A stretch of DNA of 49,022 nt from a virus (taxonomy: Duplodnaviria > Caudoviricetes): positions 1 to 49,022 of IMG/VR virus record IMGVR_UViG_3300037195_000203; one strand, 5' to 3'. Position 1 is the stretch's first letter. Every line of letters starts with the position of its first letter. The position numbers and the translations under genes are program-made. The notes under the pieces are model-generated. The model made no database searches. It was not told the origin of the DNA and saw only the letters and a list, made by a program, of their open reading frames with translations. This document shows positions 37,368-47,731 of the stretch, one piece after another.

Positions 37368-37737
37368 AATGAAGGTGAGCCAATTAGGTTCAGTAGTTCA
37401 GCTATTAACAAAGAAGCAGGGAGGGAAGTGCGCTGTATGTGGCTTCCCTTTCACACAGCGCGATAGACCAGTACTAGATCATGACCATGATACAGGTAGG
37501 GTACGTGGTGTACTTCATAATAGCTGCAATGGCGCAGAAGGTAGAATAAAATCAAAAGCGAAGATGGGTCATACAGGTGTTAGTGCAGCAGACTATGTGA
37601 TAGGTTTAGGTAAATACTTAGAACTACATAAGAAGCCACAAACTCGTTTGATACATCATACACATTTAACAGAAGACGAGAAGCGTTTAAAGAGAAACGC
37701 TAAAGCTCGTAAAAGGCGTAGAGCTAAGAAGGCATAA
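37357..37737 (+). CDS. Endonuclease VII family Holliday junction resolvase
   Basis: QGGKCAVC...LDHDHDTGRVRGVLHNSCNGAEG. Confidence 0.92.
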   Translation: MTNRMKVSQLGSVVQLLTKKQGGKCAVCGFPFTQRDRPVLDHDHDTGRVRGVLHNSCNGAEGRIKSKAKMGHTGVSAADYVIGLGKYLELHKKPQTRLIHHTHLTEDEKRLKRNAKARKRRRAKKA

Positions 37738-40154
37738 TGACAGTAGATGAGCAGATACAAGAGCAAATCCTATGGGAACATGAGTGCATACGCAGAGGTT
37801 CTGATAGGTACTACGCACAACAAGATAGATTAAAGTCATCTGGACAAGGTGATCAAGCAGACAATATGAGTCTATTACTCAGGGATCGTATTGAAGATGT
37901 AGCACTGGAGTTAGAGACTATACATAAGACTACAGTAGGTAAAGGTGCAGGTACGAACTGGCTACTAGACAGAGCTTTAGTAGAAGGTGACTACCATAGA
38001 TTAGCTTTCATAGGTATGAAGGTTGTCTTTCAGGTAATGCTCATGCCACGTAATAATACAGTATTAAAGATTTGTTTGGATATAGCCTCAAGGTTAGAAG
38101 CAGATGTTAAATGTATTATCTTTGAAGCTATGCACCCTAACTACTACGCAGTGGTTAATAACTCATTTAAAACCCAGAAAGTTAAGGACTATAAACATCG
38201 CCATAAGGTTATGATGTTAAAGTACAACGAGTTCGATATAGGGTGGCATGATTGGACACAAGCCAACAAAGCACATATAGGCTCTAAAGTACTGTTAGCA
38301 ATAATGAATGTATTTGACGATATTATCTATGTCCATAAACAATGGGAGCGTGGTAAAGGTACAGCAATATTAAAGACTACGGAAGAGTTTGAAGTATGGA
38401 CAGAAGAGTTTGAAAAGGTACGTTCTATAATGCATCCATTCTTACTTCCTCTGAAGATACCACCTAGAGCATGGACTCAAGGCAAAGGTGGTGGTTATTA
38501 CACGCCTCAGATGACAGCTCGCCTACCTTTCGTTAAGACAAGAGGTAAGGCACATACTGACTATGTTAAACAACATCCTATGGAACATCATACAGATGCT
38601 ATCAATAAGATGCAACGTACAGCATGGAAGGTAAATAACGAAGTACTGGAAGTACAGAAATTAGTTTATGAGAAAGGACTGAAGGTTGGTATACCTAGTT
38701 CACAAGAACTAGTAGTACCTAGTTTCCCTGAACATCTTAAAAGCATAGAGAAAGATACACTGACAGAAGCACAGAGAAAGGAAGTTAGTAATTGGAAAGC
38801 TAGAGCTAAAGCTGTACATGGTAAAGAGCAAGAACGTAAAGGACAAGTCTTAGCGTTCATGCAATCACATGCATTAGCTAAGGAACTAGAAGACTGGGAA
38901 GAGTTCTATTTCGCATACAACGCAGACTTTAGAGGTCGTATCTACTGTGCAACGTCAGGTTTAAGCCCACAAGGTGCTGATGCTGCTAAAGGCTTATTAC
39001 AATTTGCCAAAGGTGTAGAGTTAGGTGAGTCAGGAGTATATTGGTTAGCCGTACAAGGTGCTAATACATATGGTAATGACAAACTTAAGTATGACGATAG
39101 AGTTCAATGGGTTATGGATAACGAGGATTATATACATAGAGTAGTAGATGATCCAATAAGCGCCAGAGAGTTTTGGGGTAATGCAGATAAGCCTTACCAG
39201 TTCTTAGCATTCTGCTTTGAATGGGCTAGATCAGATTATGGTAGAGATCCTAAAACAAAAGGTTATTTACCTGTAGGTTTAGATGGTTCATGTAATGGAC
39301 TACAACACTTCTCGGCTATGTTACGAGATGACGTGGGAGCAAAAGCTACCAATTTATGTAATAGTGAACTACCTTCAGACATATATCAAGATGTAGCAGA
39401 TGTTTGTATGAAGAAGTTACAGGCAGAGTTTGATGACTGTGGAGATGCGCGGGCTAAGATATGGTTACGTGTAGGAGTTAATAGGAAATGTGCTAAACGT
39501 CCTGTAATGACATTACCATATGGAGCTACACAAGAGTCAGCAAGACATTACATAATGGAATATGTACAAGCTAATTGGGGTAAGTTTAATCTATCAGAGA
39601 AACATCAATGGGAGTTCGCAGTCTACTTAACGCCTATCTTATGGGAGTCCATAGGAGAAGTAGTAGTAGCGGCTAGGGCAGCAATGTCATGGTTGAAGAA
39701 GTGCGTAGGCCCAGAATATTCTCATTGGGTAACACCATTAGGTTTCCCAGTATACCAGTACTACAAGAAAGTAGAGTCAATACTCATTGCTACTATGTTA
39801 AACGGTTCACTAAGTCTATCACTTAAAGACGTAGAACAACCAGGACTACCTAATAGTTACGCACAGAAGAATGGTGTATCACCAAACTTTGTACATAGCA
39901 TAGATAGTACACACATGGTAATGACTATTAATGATACAGACTTTCATAGTTATGCAATGATACATGATGACTTTGGTACACATGCTGGTAGAACAGAAGA
40001 GTTATTCACCTCTATTAGAAAAACATTCAAAGAACTATATACAAAGTATGACCCATTACAAGAATGGGCAGAACAAGTAGGTAAAGAGTGTCCACTAATA
40101 AAAGGTGTTTACGATATTAACGATATTACAGATGCCGCCTACTTCTTCGGGTAG
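37737..40154 (+). CDS. Single-subunit T7-type RNA polymerase 2 (late; phiKMV-like position)
   Basis: GGGYY, DFRGRIY, LDGSCNGLQHF, RKCAKRPVMTLPYG, PNFVHSIDSTH, IHDDFG, C-terminal YFFG. Confidence 0.96.
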   Translation: MTVDEQIQEQILWEHECIRRGSDRYYAQQDRLKSSGQGDQADNMSLLLRDRIEDVALELETIHKTTVGKGAGTNWLLDRALVEGDYHRLAFIGMKVVFQVMLMPRNNTVLKICLDIASRLEADVKCIIFEAMHPNYYAVVNNSFKTQKVKDYKHRHKVMMLKYNEFDIGWHDWTQANKAHIGSKVLLAIMNVFDDIIYVHKQWERGKGTAILKTTEEFEVWTEEFEKVRSIMHPFLLPLKIPPRAWTQGKGGGYYTPQMTARLPFVKTRGKAHTDYVKQHPMEHHTDAINKMQRTAWKVNNEVLEVQKLVYEKGLKVGIPSSQELVVPSFPEHLKSIEKDTLTEAQRKEVSNWKARAKAVHGKEQERKGQVLAFMQSHALAKELEDWEEFYFAYNADFRGRIYCATSGLSPQGADAAKGLLQFAKGVELGESGVYWLAVQGANTYGNDKLKYDDRVQWVMDNEDYIHRVVDDPISAREFWGNADKPYQFLAFCFEWARSDYGRDPKTKGYLPVGLDGSCNGLQHFSAMLRDDVGAKATNLCNSELPSDIYQDVADVCMKKLQAEFDDCGDARAKIWLRVGVNRKCAKRPVMTLPYGATQESARHYIMEYVQANWGKFNLSEKHQWEFAVYLTPILWESIGEVVVAARAAMSWLKKCVGPEYSHWVTPLGFPVYQYYKKVESILIATMLNGSLSLSLKDVEQPGLPNSYAQKNGVSPNFVHSIDSTHMVMTINDTDFHSYAMIHDDFGTHAGRTEELFTSIRKTFKELYTKYDPLQEWAEQVGKECPLIKGVYDINDITDAAYFFG

Positions 40155-40176
40155 CATTTATGGAGACTTTTACAAA

Positions 40177-40383
40177 ATGAACAACGTAGATTTACAACTT
40201 AGCCCTAATGGTATCGGTAGAGCGCACATGCTAGAACTTTACCAAACGTTCAGACCTAAAGAAATTAAGCCACCTATTACGAAAGATCAGATAATGTATG
40301 AAGCAGGACAACAAAGCATCATACATTACATAGAGAGGAGGTTCTTTGATGGACAAATCAGCGCAGCAACTTTCGATTTATAG
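40177..40383 (+). CDS. Small hypothetical protein after the late RNAP (probable start 40177)
   Basis: GGAG RBS; IMYEAGQQSIIHYIE pattern seen in phiKMV/T7-like small pre-structural genes. Confidence 0.65.
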   Translation: MNNVDLQLSPNGIGRAHMLELYQTFRPKEIKPPITKDQIMYEAGQQSIIHYIERRFFDGQISAATFDL

Positions 40384-40798
40384 TTGGGACGTTTTATCGG
40401 TAGAAGATAGACGGGCTAAGATATTAGAATTAGAAGCATACAGTAAGACACAACCTCAAGTAGAACTACCACCAATTGAACTATTTGGTAATGGTTTGTA
40501 CTTACGGGCTTTAAAGATACCAAAAAACACAGTGTTAGTTGGTGAAATACATCTCCAAGAAACAATGAACATAGTAATGTATGGTGAGATAGTAGTAGCT
40601 ACAGATGAAGGTGTTAAGACTATATATGGTGGTGACATCTTCAATAGTCCCGCAGGTACGAAACGTGCAGGCGTAGCCTTAGAAGATACATACTGGTTAG
40701 TTATACATGCTACAGAATCCACAGATATTGATAAGATTAAAGAAGAGTTTATAGCTCCCAATTATGAAGCATTATCTAAACATTTGGAGAAGATGTAA
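40349..40798 (+). CDS. Cupin-fold hypothetical protein
   Basis: FGNGLYLR..IPK...G.IH...SPAGTKRAG pattern; GGAGG RBS. Confidence 0.65.
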   Translation: MDKSAQQLSIYSWDVLSVEDRRAKILELEAYSKTQPQVELPPIELFGNGLYLRALKIPKNTVLVGEIHLQETMNIVMYGEIVVATDEGVKTIYGGDIFNSPAGTKRAGVALEDTYWLVIHATESTDIDKIKEEFIAPNYEALSKHLEKM

Positions 40799-41064
40799 TG
40801 GTATGGGCAGCATCAGGTTATGTGTTTACTGCTTTAACAGTTAGTGTTGCAGCACAACAACAACAAGCACATGAGGCACGCAAACGTGTCAGAAAGGCTA
40901 GGAAAGATCAACTAGAGGATGAACAACGTGCCAGAGATCAAGAACGTTTTGCTAAACGAGAGGGAGAAGGTATCGGTGAGTTAGGTAAAGTAGACCTCGG
41001 TGTAGATGATCTTATAGATCCGAAATCAAAACAGATCCGTAAAGGATCTACATTACAGATTTAG
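40798..41064 (+). CDS. Small virion assembly protein (gp7.3-like position)
   Basis: Immediately upstream of the portal; ends GSTLQI. Confidence 0.55.
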   Translation: MVWAASGYVFTALTVSVAAQQQQAHEARKRVRKARKDQLEDEQRARDQERFAKREGEGIGELGKVDLGVDDLIDPKSKQIRKGSTLQI

Positions 41065-41072
41065 GAGAACAT

Positions 41073-42605
41073 ATGGATTTAGAACTAGCAAAAGAAAAGT
41101 ATTTAACAGGAGACTTTAAACTCAAAGGAGAGTTTAGGTCTAGTAGAGGTAGACAGACAGTACTATCAAGATGTGAGGTATACGCAGGTTGGACATTACC
41201 AACCTTGTTTCCTTATGATGGTGATGAAACAGAAGAGATGCAGAATGATTATCAGTCAGTAGGCGCACAAGCTGTGACCAATTTGGCTAACAAGATAATG
41301 ATGGCACTCTTCCAACCATCACGTCCATTTTATAAGATGGAACTGTCACCAGAACAACAGTCAGAACTAGAAGAGAATGGTTTGCCACAGGCAGCCATAG
41401 ATAAAGCTTTAGCAGCAGCAGAACGTCAAGGTATGAAAGACCTAGACAAGATGAATGCTAGAGTTGTAATGACGGAGATTATACAACAACTAATAGTATG
41501 TGGTAATGCATTACTATACATACCACCTAAAGAGGGAGCTCTACAAGGTTATAGTTTAAGAGATTATGCTATACGTAGAAACCTTAGAGGTGAGATGGTA
41601 CGTTTAATCATTAGAGAGACTAATGGTGTATTAGCTTTATCTGATGAACTACAAGCGCTAGCTTTACTAAAAGGCTATCGTGAGGACGATGAAGTATCTT
41701 TGTACACAGGGGTACAGCGTGTAACTAACGACAAGTTTCTCGTATGGCAAGAGCTAGAAGATCTTTGTTATTGTCACGATAGAGTTGGTTGGGTAAATGA
41801 AGACGAACTTAATTGGATACCACTAGCATGGAACATAGCGCGTAATAAGGATTATGGTACAGGCTTAGTAGAAAACTACTCAGGTGACTTCCATTCTTTA
41901 TCTACATTAGCAGAATCTAAACTAGATTACACAACTATAATCACAGATGTTAAGTTCTTAGTCAATCCAACAGGTATGACAGATGTTAGAAAAATTAGTA
42001 ACTCCGCGTCAGGTGCTTATGTACATGGTCGTGAAGAAGACATATCTACATTAGCAGCAGACATAGCTCAAGCAGGTGACTATCTTACAGCATCCTTTGC
42101 TGACGTAGAGAGACGTATAGGTGTAGCATTCCTTATGAACAGTGCAGTTACAAGAGACGCAGAGCGTGTGACAGCAGAAGAGATTAGAATGCAAGCAACA
42201 GAGCTTGAACAATCGTTAGGTGGTGTATATTCCAGACTAGCAAAAGAATTACAACTACCGCTAGCTAGTAGGCTTATGAAGAAGCAAGGTGAAATATTTA
42301 AAGATATAGAACCTGTAATAGTTACCGGACTAGAGTCATTATCTCGTAGTTCAGAGTTAGATAGGATTAGGAATTACTTCTCCGATTTAATACCTTTAAG
42401 TGAACTACCTCCCCAAGTTGGAGAACAAGTAGATCCAGCAAAATTAATGGCAGTATTAGGTGCAGGTCATGGAGTCGATTACGACAAGATGATGCGTACA
42501 CCAGAAGAAGTACAAGCCTACCGTAAACAGATAGCAGAGCAGAATGCCGCAGCAGCAGGGGCAGAAGCCGGTGCTGTATCGCAGGCTCAGGAACAACCAC
42601 AATGA
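41073..42605 (+). CDS. Portal (head-tail connector)
   Basis: QSVGAQAVTNLANK, YGTGLVE, RDAERVTAEEIR, LGGVYSRL. Confidence 0.96.
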   Translation: MDLELAKEKYLTGDFKLKGEFRSSRGRQTVLSRCEVYAGWTLPTLFPYDGDETEEMQNDYQSVGAQAVTNLANKIMMALFQPSRPFYKMELSPEQQSELEENGLPQAAIDKALAAAERQGMKDLDKMNARVVMTEIIQQLIVCGNALLYIPPKEGALQGYSLRDYAIRRNLRGEMVRLIIRETNGVLALSDELQALALLKGYREDDEVSLYTGVQRVTNDKFLVWQELEDLCYCHDRVGWVNEDELNWIPLAWNIARNKDYGTGLVENYSGDFHSLSTLAESKLDYTTIITDVKFLVNPTGMTDVRKISNSASGAYVHGREEDISTLAADIAQAGDYLTASFADVERRIGVAFLMNSAVTRDAERVTAEEIRMQATELEQSLGGVYSRLAKELQLPLASRLMKKQGEIFKDIEPVIVTGLESLSRSSELDRIRNYFSDLIPLSELPPQVGEQVDPAKLMAVLGAGHGVDYDKMMRTPEEVQAYRKQIAEQNAAAAGAEAGAVSQAQEQPQ

Positions 42606-43390
42606 CAGATGAAGTAAAGACAGAACAACAACAACTAGATGAACTGGCAGCATTAACACCAGAAGAAAGGACAGCAGTTGGTGAACTATATGCCGCAGGT
42701 AAAGAGCAAGAGAAAGGAGGTGATGAATCTCCTGTAGAAGGGAATAAAGAAGAACCTATTAAAATACAGTTTGATAAAACGGCTGTAGAACAGGTAGAAG
42801 CTTTTCTTCTTGAAGCTGGACTCGATACAGGTAAGGTAGCCGCAGCAGTTACCGAGAACGATGGTGTAACACCAGAGATCTTAGCTAAGTTAGTTGAACA
42901 ACATGGTGAGAGTGTCGCCAATCTTATTAAAGATAAACTAGAAGGTATTAATGACTCCTTCAAAGCAACACAAAAGCAGCAAGATCAAGAGATCTTTGAC
43001 TTCGTAAAAGAAGCGTTCCCTGAAGAGACTATAGATGATGGTGAGAAGATATGGAGTGACCTATCAGGTTGGGCTAAATCGGAAGCATCAGGTATATCCG
43101 AAAGTGAACGTACAGAGATTAACGGCCTGTTAGCGGGTGGTGGTCTAGGTGCGAAGTTAGCAGCACAAGAATTGGTGTCAGCATTTAAGGCATCACCAAG
43201 TTTTACTCAAAGCCCACAGCTTCAAGAAGCATCAGGTTTAAGTAATGAACACGGTCTAAAACCGTTAAGTCGTCAAGAGTATGGTCGCGAGATGCGTAAA
43301 CTTGAAGCACAAGGTCACGTCTATGGTCAGAGTTACGATATGGAGCAGTTAGATGCTCGTCGTTCTTTGGGTATGAAACGTGGTAGATAA
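42602..43390 (+). CDS. Capsid scaffolding protein
   Basis: Acidic; located between portal and capsid; W..LSGWAK; C-terminal LDARR. Confidence 0.85.
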   Translation: MTDEVKTEQQQLDELAALTPEERTAVGELYAAGKEQEKGGDESPVEGNKEEPIKIQFDKTAVEQVEAFLLEAGLDTGKVAAAVTENDGVTPEILAKLVEQHGESVANLIKDKLEGINDSFKATQKQQDQEIFDFVKEAFPEETIDDGEKIWSDLSGWAKSEASGISESERTEINGLLAGGGLGAKLAAQELVSAFKASPSFTQSPQLQEASGLSNEHGLKPLSRQEYGREMRKLEAQGHVYGQSYDMEQLDARRSLGMKRGR

Positions 43391-43415
43391 TATAAAATCC
43401 TAGGAGAGTAAATAT

Positions 43416-44525
43416 ATGGCGATTATAGGCCAACCAGTAGCAACGGAGCAAACGCGCTCCGGTCACATTGCAGGCATTGATTCCGGCAATGTAAACCCAC
43501 TATATGTAGAGCAGTATGCAGATGGGGTAGAACATCAGTTCTTGAAAGATAGTATCATGCGTAAGTACTTCAACATCAAATCCGTTCGCGGCACAGATGT
43601 AGTTGGCTCACGTAGAATCGGTAACGTAGCATTACAAGCTGTTACACGTAATCAACGACCCGCCTCAAATTCACCAACGTTCGATAACATTCAATTAAAG
43701 ATTGATACCATCGTACTAGCACGTTCAAACACGTTCTTGTTAGAAGAGTTCCAAGAGTCTATTGATTCTCGTAAAGAGATTGCTGTAGAACATGGTTTGG
43801 AGATTGGTAAGTTCTTCGACGAAGCGTTTGTTATCCAAGCTATCAAAGCTTGTCAGATCACTAACGTAGATCCAGATGGTAATAACTCTGGTGGTTGGGT
43901 ACAAACAGGTGATTGGCCTGTATATCGTATGGGTGATGCAGCATTAGGTACATTACCTTCTGTTATTAACCGTACAGCACCAGCCGAGTTCAAAGGTGGT
44001 ACAGTTATTGTACTAGAGAACGCAGCCGACGAAACAGATCCTACAGATCTAGTTGCAGGTATCATGCGTATGTGTCAAGCCGTTGAAGAGAAAGATGTAG
44101 AGATCAGTACTGGTACATTGTTAATGCGTCCAGCACAATACTACACTTTACTTGAGAACGATAAGTTGCTAGATGCAGACTTCTCAACAGGTAATGGTGA
44201 CTACGCCAAAGGTAAAGTCCTCAAGATTAATAACCTACGTGTAGAGATCACTAACCGTTTCCCTTCAGCAGCAGCTACAGGACATTTCTTGTCTAACGCA
44301 GGTAACGGTAATGCCTACGATACAACTACAGCAGATGCGAACTGCGTAGCTGTATACCTAACACCTAAAGCTTTGCTTGCAGGTGAAACAATTCCACTGA
44401 CTTCAGATGTCTACTACGACAAGAAAGAAGTTCAATGGTTCATTGATAGTTATCTATCATTCGGTGTAACTCCATCTCGTTCGGATGCGACAGCAGGTTT
44501 GTTTACCTCAACACCAACAACTTAA
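43416..44525 (+). CDS. Major capsid protein
   Basis: LYVEQY..GV, IDT, HGLEIGKFFDEA, PAQYYTLL; T7/phiKMV-type pattern and synteny. Confidence 0.93.
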   Translation: MAIIGQPVATEQTRSGHIAGIDSGNVNPLYVEQYADGVEHQFLKDSIMRKYFNIKSVRGTDVVGSRRIGNVALQAVTRNQRPASNSPTFDNIQLKIDTIVLARSNTFLLEEFQESIDSRKEIAVEHGLEIGKFFDEAFVIQAIKACQITNVDPDGNNSGGWVQTGDWPVYRMGDAALGTLPSVINRTAPAEFKGGTVIVLENAADETDPTDLVAGIMRMCQAVEEKDVEISTGTLLMRPAQYYTLLENDKLLDADFSTGNGDYAKGKVLKINNLRVEITNRFPSAAATGHFLSNAGNGNAYDTTTADANCVAVYLTPKALLAGETIPLTSDVYYDKKEVQWFIDSYLSFGVTPSRSDATAGLFTSTPTT

Positions 44526-44548
44526 TCGTTAAAGATATAGTTGTATTT

Positions 44549-44575
44549 TAGAGTGCCTTCTTAGAGGGCACTTTA
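44549..44575 (+). promoter_or_regulatory. 12-bp stem-loop after the capsid gene
   Basis: TAGAGTGCCTTC-TTA-GAGGGCACTTTA. Confidence 0.55.
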
Positions 44576-44595
44576 TAAATATTACTTAGAACACT

Positions 44596-44628
44596 AAGGG
44601 GGTAGCTTAATTGCTACTCCCTTTTTTT
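44596..44628 (+). terminator. Intrinsic terminator after the capsid gene (T-phi equivalent)
   Basis: GGGGGTAGC-TTAATT-GCTACTCCC followed by a run of seven T. Confidence 0.85.
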
Positions 44629-44648
44629 GCTTAAAACAGGAGACTATA

Positions 44649-45224
44649 ATGGGCGAACTAGAAGCAGTAAATATGTTGCTAAAAGCAATAGGGATGAGTC
44701 CTGTAAACTCATTAGAGGAATCACATCCTGACGTAGAGACAGCACGTTCTACATTACATAGAGTAAGGAAGTCAGTACAACAACGTGGTTGGTGGTTTAA
44801 CATTGATTACAATGTTACTTATACACCCGATAACGTTGGTCATATAGACATACCTTCTTTCATATATAATGTAGTACCCTTAGAACCTACCTATGTAATG
44901 AGAGGATCTAAGCTTTATGATACAGAGAACAACACCTATGTATTTACAGATGATGTTATTATATCTACACAAGTTAAGATATTAGAATGGGCAGATATGC
45001 ATGAAACTCTACAAGATTATTGTGCTTACTATGCAGCAGCTCAGTATGTCCGTGAAGAGTTAGAGGATACAGCTAAAGAAGATTCCTTCAAGGCTGATGC
45101 CGGTATAGCCATGTTACAACTACGTGACTTGGATTTAGAAGCGGGTCAATATAATGTCTTTGATAATGCCAGAGTAGCGCGAGCTAGAGGTGGTGTACGT
45201 CCATATAACCTAGGGAGAAACTAA
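44649..45224 (+). CDS. Tail tubular protein A (gp11-like)
   Basis: ELEAVNMLL.AIG.SPVNSL, Q.RGWWFN, RG.KLYD. Confidence 0.92.
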   Translation: MGELEAVNMLLKAIGMSPVNSLEESHPDVETARSTLHRVRKSVQQRGWWFNIDYNVTYTPDNVGHIDIPSFIYNVVPLEPTYVMRGSKLYDTENNTYVFTDDVIISTQVKILEWADMHETLQDYCAYYAAAQYVREELEDTAKEDSFKADAGIAMLQLRDLDLEAGQYNVFDNARVARARGGVRPYNLGRN

Positions 45225-47731
45225 TGCGAGTATCTAGTAAATATCCCGTACCTATAGATGGTGTTAGTACAACACAAGAGATCAGTAGGAAGTATGGTTA
45301 TGCAGAAGAACAAATTAATATGCGTAGTAACCCAATCGCTAAATTGACAAGACGTCCTAGTTTAGAATGGGAATACTTAGCAGCAGCTAGTACAGCTACA
45401 GCAGAGATCCATTCTTATGTACGTAGAGGTATAACCTATAGATTAATTATAGATTCTACTGGTACAGTAAAAGGTTATAGGGATGATGTAGAAGTTACAG
45501 TAAACAACGCCCTAACCTCTTCTTATTTACAAGGTGACTTAGCGTTTACTACTATATATGATACAACTTTCGTTGCTAATAAAGATGTGATAGTAGCAGC
45601 AGAAGCTGCCCCTACTACGATTACAGGGCCAAAGGTATGTTATATAAACATAGTGGATGCTATGAATTACAGAGAATCTTTAACAATAGATCTACAAGAA
45701 GAAGATGGTACAGAAGTATTATCTATAACCCTATCTGTATATGCAGCCACACATATAGATGCAGACGCACAAAGAGCAACTAACCAAGTAGCAGCAGATA
45801 TAGCTGCGGCTATAAACGGAACATATGTGCCAGTAGCACCAATTAGATTAACAGTTGTAGGTTCTGCCCCAAACATGGAGGCTATAGCGTTAGGTTCTTG
45901 TGTGGCTATATATATGAATACAACAGGTATAGCAGATGTAGATCAGAATAGAGTAATAACTACTGTATCTTCAGGTCAGGGTGATGGGTCTGTAGTAGTA
46001 ATTAGCCCACTAATAGAATCTACGGAGGGTCTACCTAAGTATGCTATAGATGGAACTGTCGTTACAGTACAACCAAACCCAACATCAGACAAAGGTGTAT
46101 ATTACTTAAAAGCTACACCAACGACAAAAGAGAACAATATACAACCATCTAGTATAGTACAGTATTGGAATGGGACATTACCTACCTACTCTAGTCCTTT
46201 CACTATATTAAACAATAGAGATATAACATACACTATAGCTACTTACGTAATGCAAGAGGTTATATGGAACGAAACTACAGCCCCATTAGAAGCTAACAAT
46301 TTTGTTGCTAGTACTATGCCACATACGATCACATACGACCACACGTCTGGTGAGTTCAGTGTAGAAGAACGCGAATGGCAAGAACGTAAAGCAGGGGATA
46401 ATGTATCTAACAGTTTCCCGTCTTTCATAGGTACAGAGATAAAAGGTCTATCATACTTTCAGAAACGTCTAGTTATGTTATCTGAAAATGAAGTACATAT
46501 GACAGAGACAGATAATATCTTTAATTGGTTCAGGAAGTCAGCAGCGCAGTTATTAGTTACAGACCCTATAGGTATTTCACCTTCAGCGAGTGATGTGGAT
46601 ATACTAGAACATGTAATACCTCATAACAGAGATTTACTTGTACTAGCATCTAACGCACAGTTTAAGATCCCAGGAACTCCAGCAGCTACACCGCAGACAG
46701 TATCAATGGGATTAACAACAGCGTACAACTGTCAGACAGTAGTAGCTCCTGTGTCCATAGGTGACTCTGTGTTCATACCAACAAAGTACGGTGATAGTAC
46801 AGGTATGTTAGTTTATGATAGTAAGACACAAAACAATAAAGATCAGGCTACTTCTGTAACCGATCATGTTATTGGTTATATGTCCGGCAACATTACCAAC
46901 TTAGTATCTAGTTCCAACTTAGGGATGATGTTATTAACTACAGACAATACACCTGATAATGTAGTATTCGTATATGAAGAAGAAGTTATCGACGGTGAGC
47001 GTCAACAAACAGCTTGGTCTAAATGGGAGTTCCCTACAGACGATAGTGTTATATCTGTAGAGTTTGAGAATGATGTAGCAACCTTTGTTATAAACAACAA
47101 TGATGATCTACATATCAAGACTATTAACATGTTTAGTGAATCAGAAACTAATATAAATAAAATCTTCTTAGATGATCTCATTTATATTGATCACAACATA
47201 ACCACAGTAACATTACCTACAGACTATAGTCCTACAGGTGATGTAGAGGTAGTTTGTGATGAAGATTCTTACTATCCCTATGTTAATATGAAATATACAC
47301 GTATAGGAGATGTCTTAACATTCGACGAACCTATAGCTGCATCAGCAGGTAAGGTATACATAGGTACAAGCTTCTCTTCTAACTACCGTCCTACAAGACC
47401 ATTTATGAGAGATGAAAATGGAACTACGTATGAAGCACAACGTATTCGTGTTAATAGATGGAAACCCACTATTGTAGAAACAGCAGACATTAGCTTTAAG
47501 ATCATATCTGAATTTAGTAAGTATGGTGATCAAAACTTTAATGCTAGGTTAGTTAACAGAATCAACAACCTTGTTGGTGTACAACCTCTCCACAGTGGTA
47601 CTATTAAGTTCGGTTACTCACAAAATGCACATACAGCTAAAGCAGAGTTCTATACAGATGGTCACTTAAATATGACGATAGCCAACATCGAATGGGATGG
47701 TCAGTATAAAGAATCGGCTAGGAGAATATAA
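45224..47731 (+). CDS. Tail tubular protein B (gp12-like)
   Basis: GVS, LTRRP, MPH, R.AGD..SN.FPSF, FQKRL, AWSKW. Confidence 0.92.
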   Translation: MRVSSKYPVPIDGVSTTQEISRKYGYAEEQINMRSNPIAKLTRRPSLEWEYLAAASTATAEIHSYVRRGITYRLIIDSTGTVKGYRDDVEVTVNNALTSSYLQGDLAFTTIYDTTFVANKDVIVAAEAAPTTITGPKVCYINIVDAMNYRESLTIDLQEEDGTEVLSITLSVYAATHIDADAQRATNQVAADIAAAINGTYVPVAPIRLTVVGSAPNMEAIALGSCVAIYMNTTGIADVDQNRVITTVSSGQGDGSVVVISPLIESTEGLPKYAIDGTVVTVQPNPTSDKGVYYLKATPTTKENNIQPSSIVQYWNGTLPTYSSPFTILNNRDITYTIATYVMQEVIWNETTAPLEANNFVASTMPHTITYDHTSGEFSVEEREWQERKAGDNVSNSFPSFIGTEIKGLSYFQKRLVMLSENEVHMTETDNIFNWFRKSAAQLLVTDPIGISPSASDVDILEHVIPHNRDLLVLASNAQFKIPGTPAATPQTVSMGLTTAYNCQTVVAPVSIGDSVFIPTKYGDSTGMLVYDSKTQNNKDQATSVTDHVIGYMSGNITNLVSSSNLGMMLLTTDNTPDNVVFVYEEEVIDGERQQTAWSKWEFPTDDSVISVEFENDVATFVINNNDDLHIKTINMFSESETNINKIFLDDLIYIDHNITTVTLPTDYSPTGDVEVVCDEDSYYPYVNMKYTRIGDVLTFDEPIAASAGKVYIGTSFSSNYRPTRPFMRDENGTTYEAQRIRVNRWKPTIVETADISFKIISEFSKYGDQNFNARLVNRINNLVGVQPLHSGTIKFGYSQNAHTAKAEFYTDGHLNMTIANIEWDGQYKESARRI

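Noticed and set aside
44490-44530. T7 gp10B-style capsid frameshift
   Set aside because: No slippery sequence near the stop, and hairpins plus a terminator follow directly.
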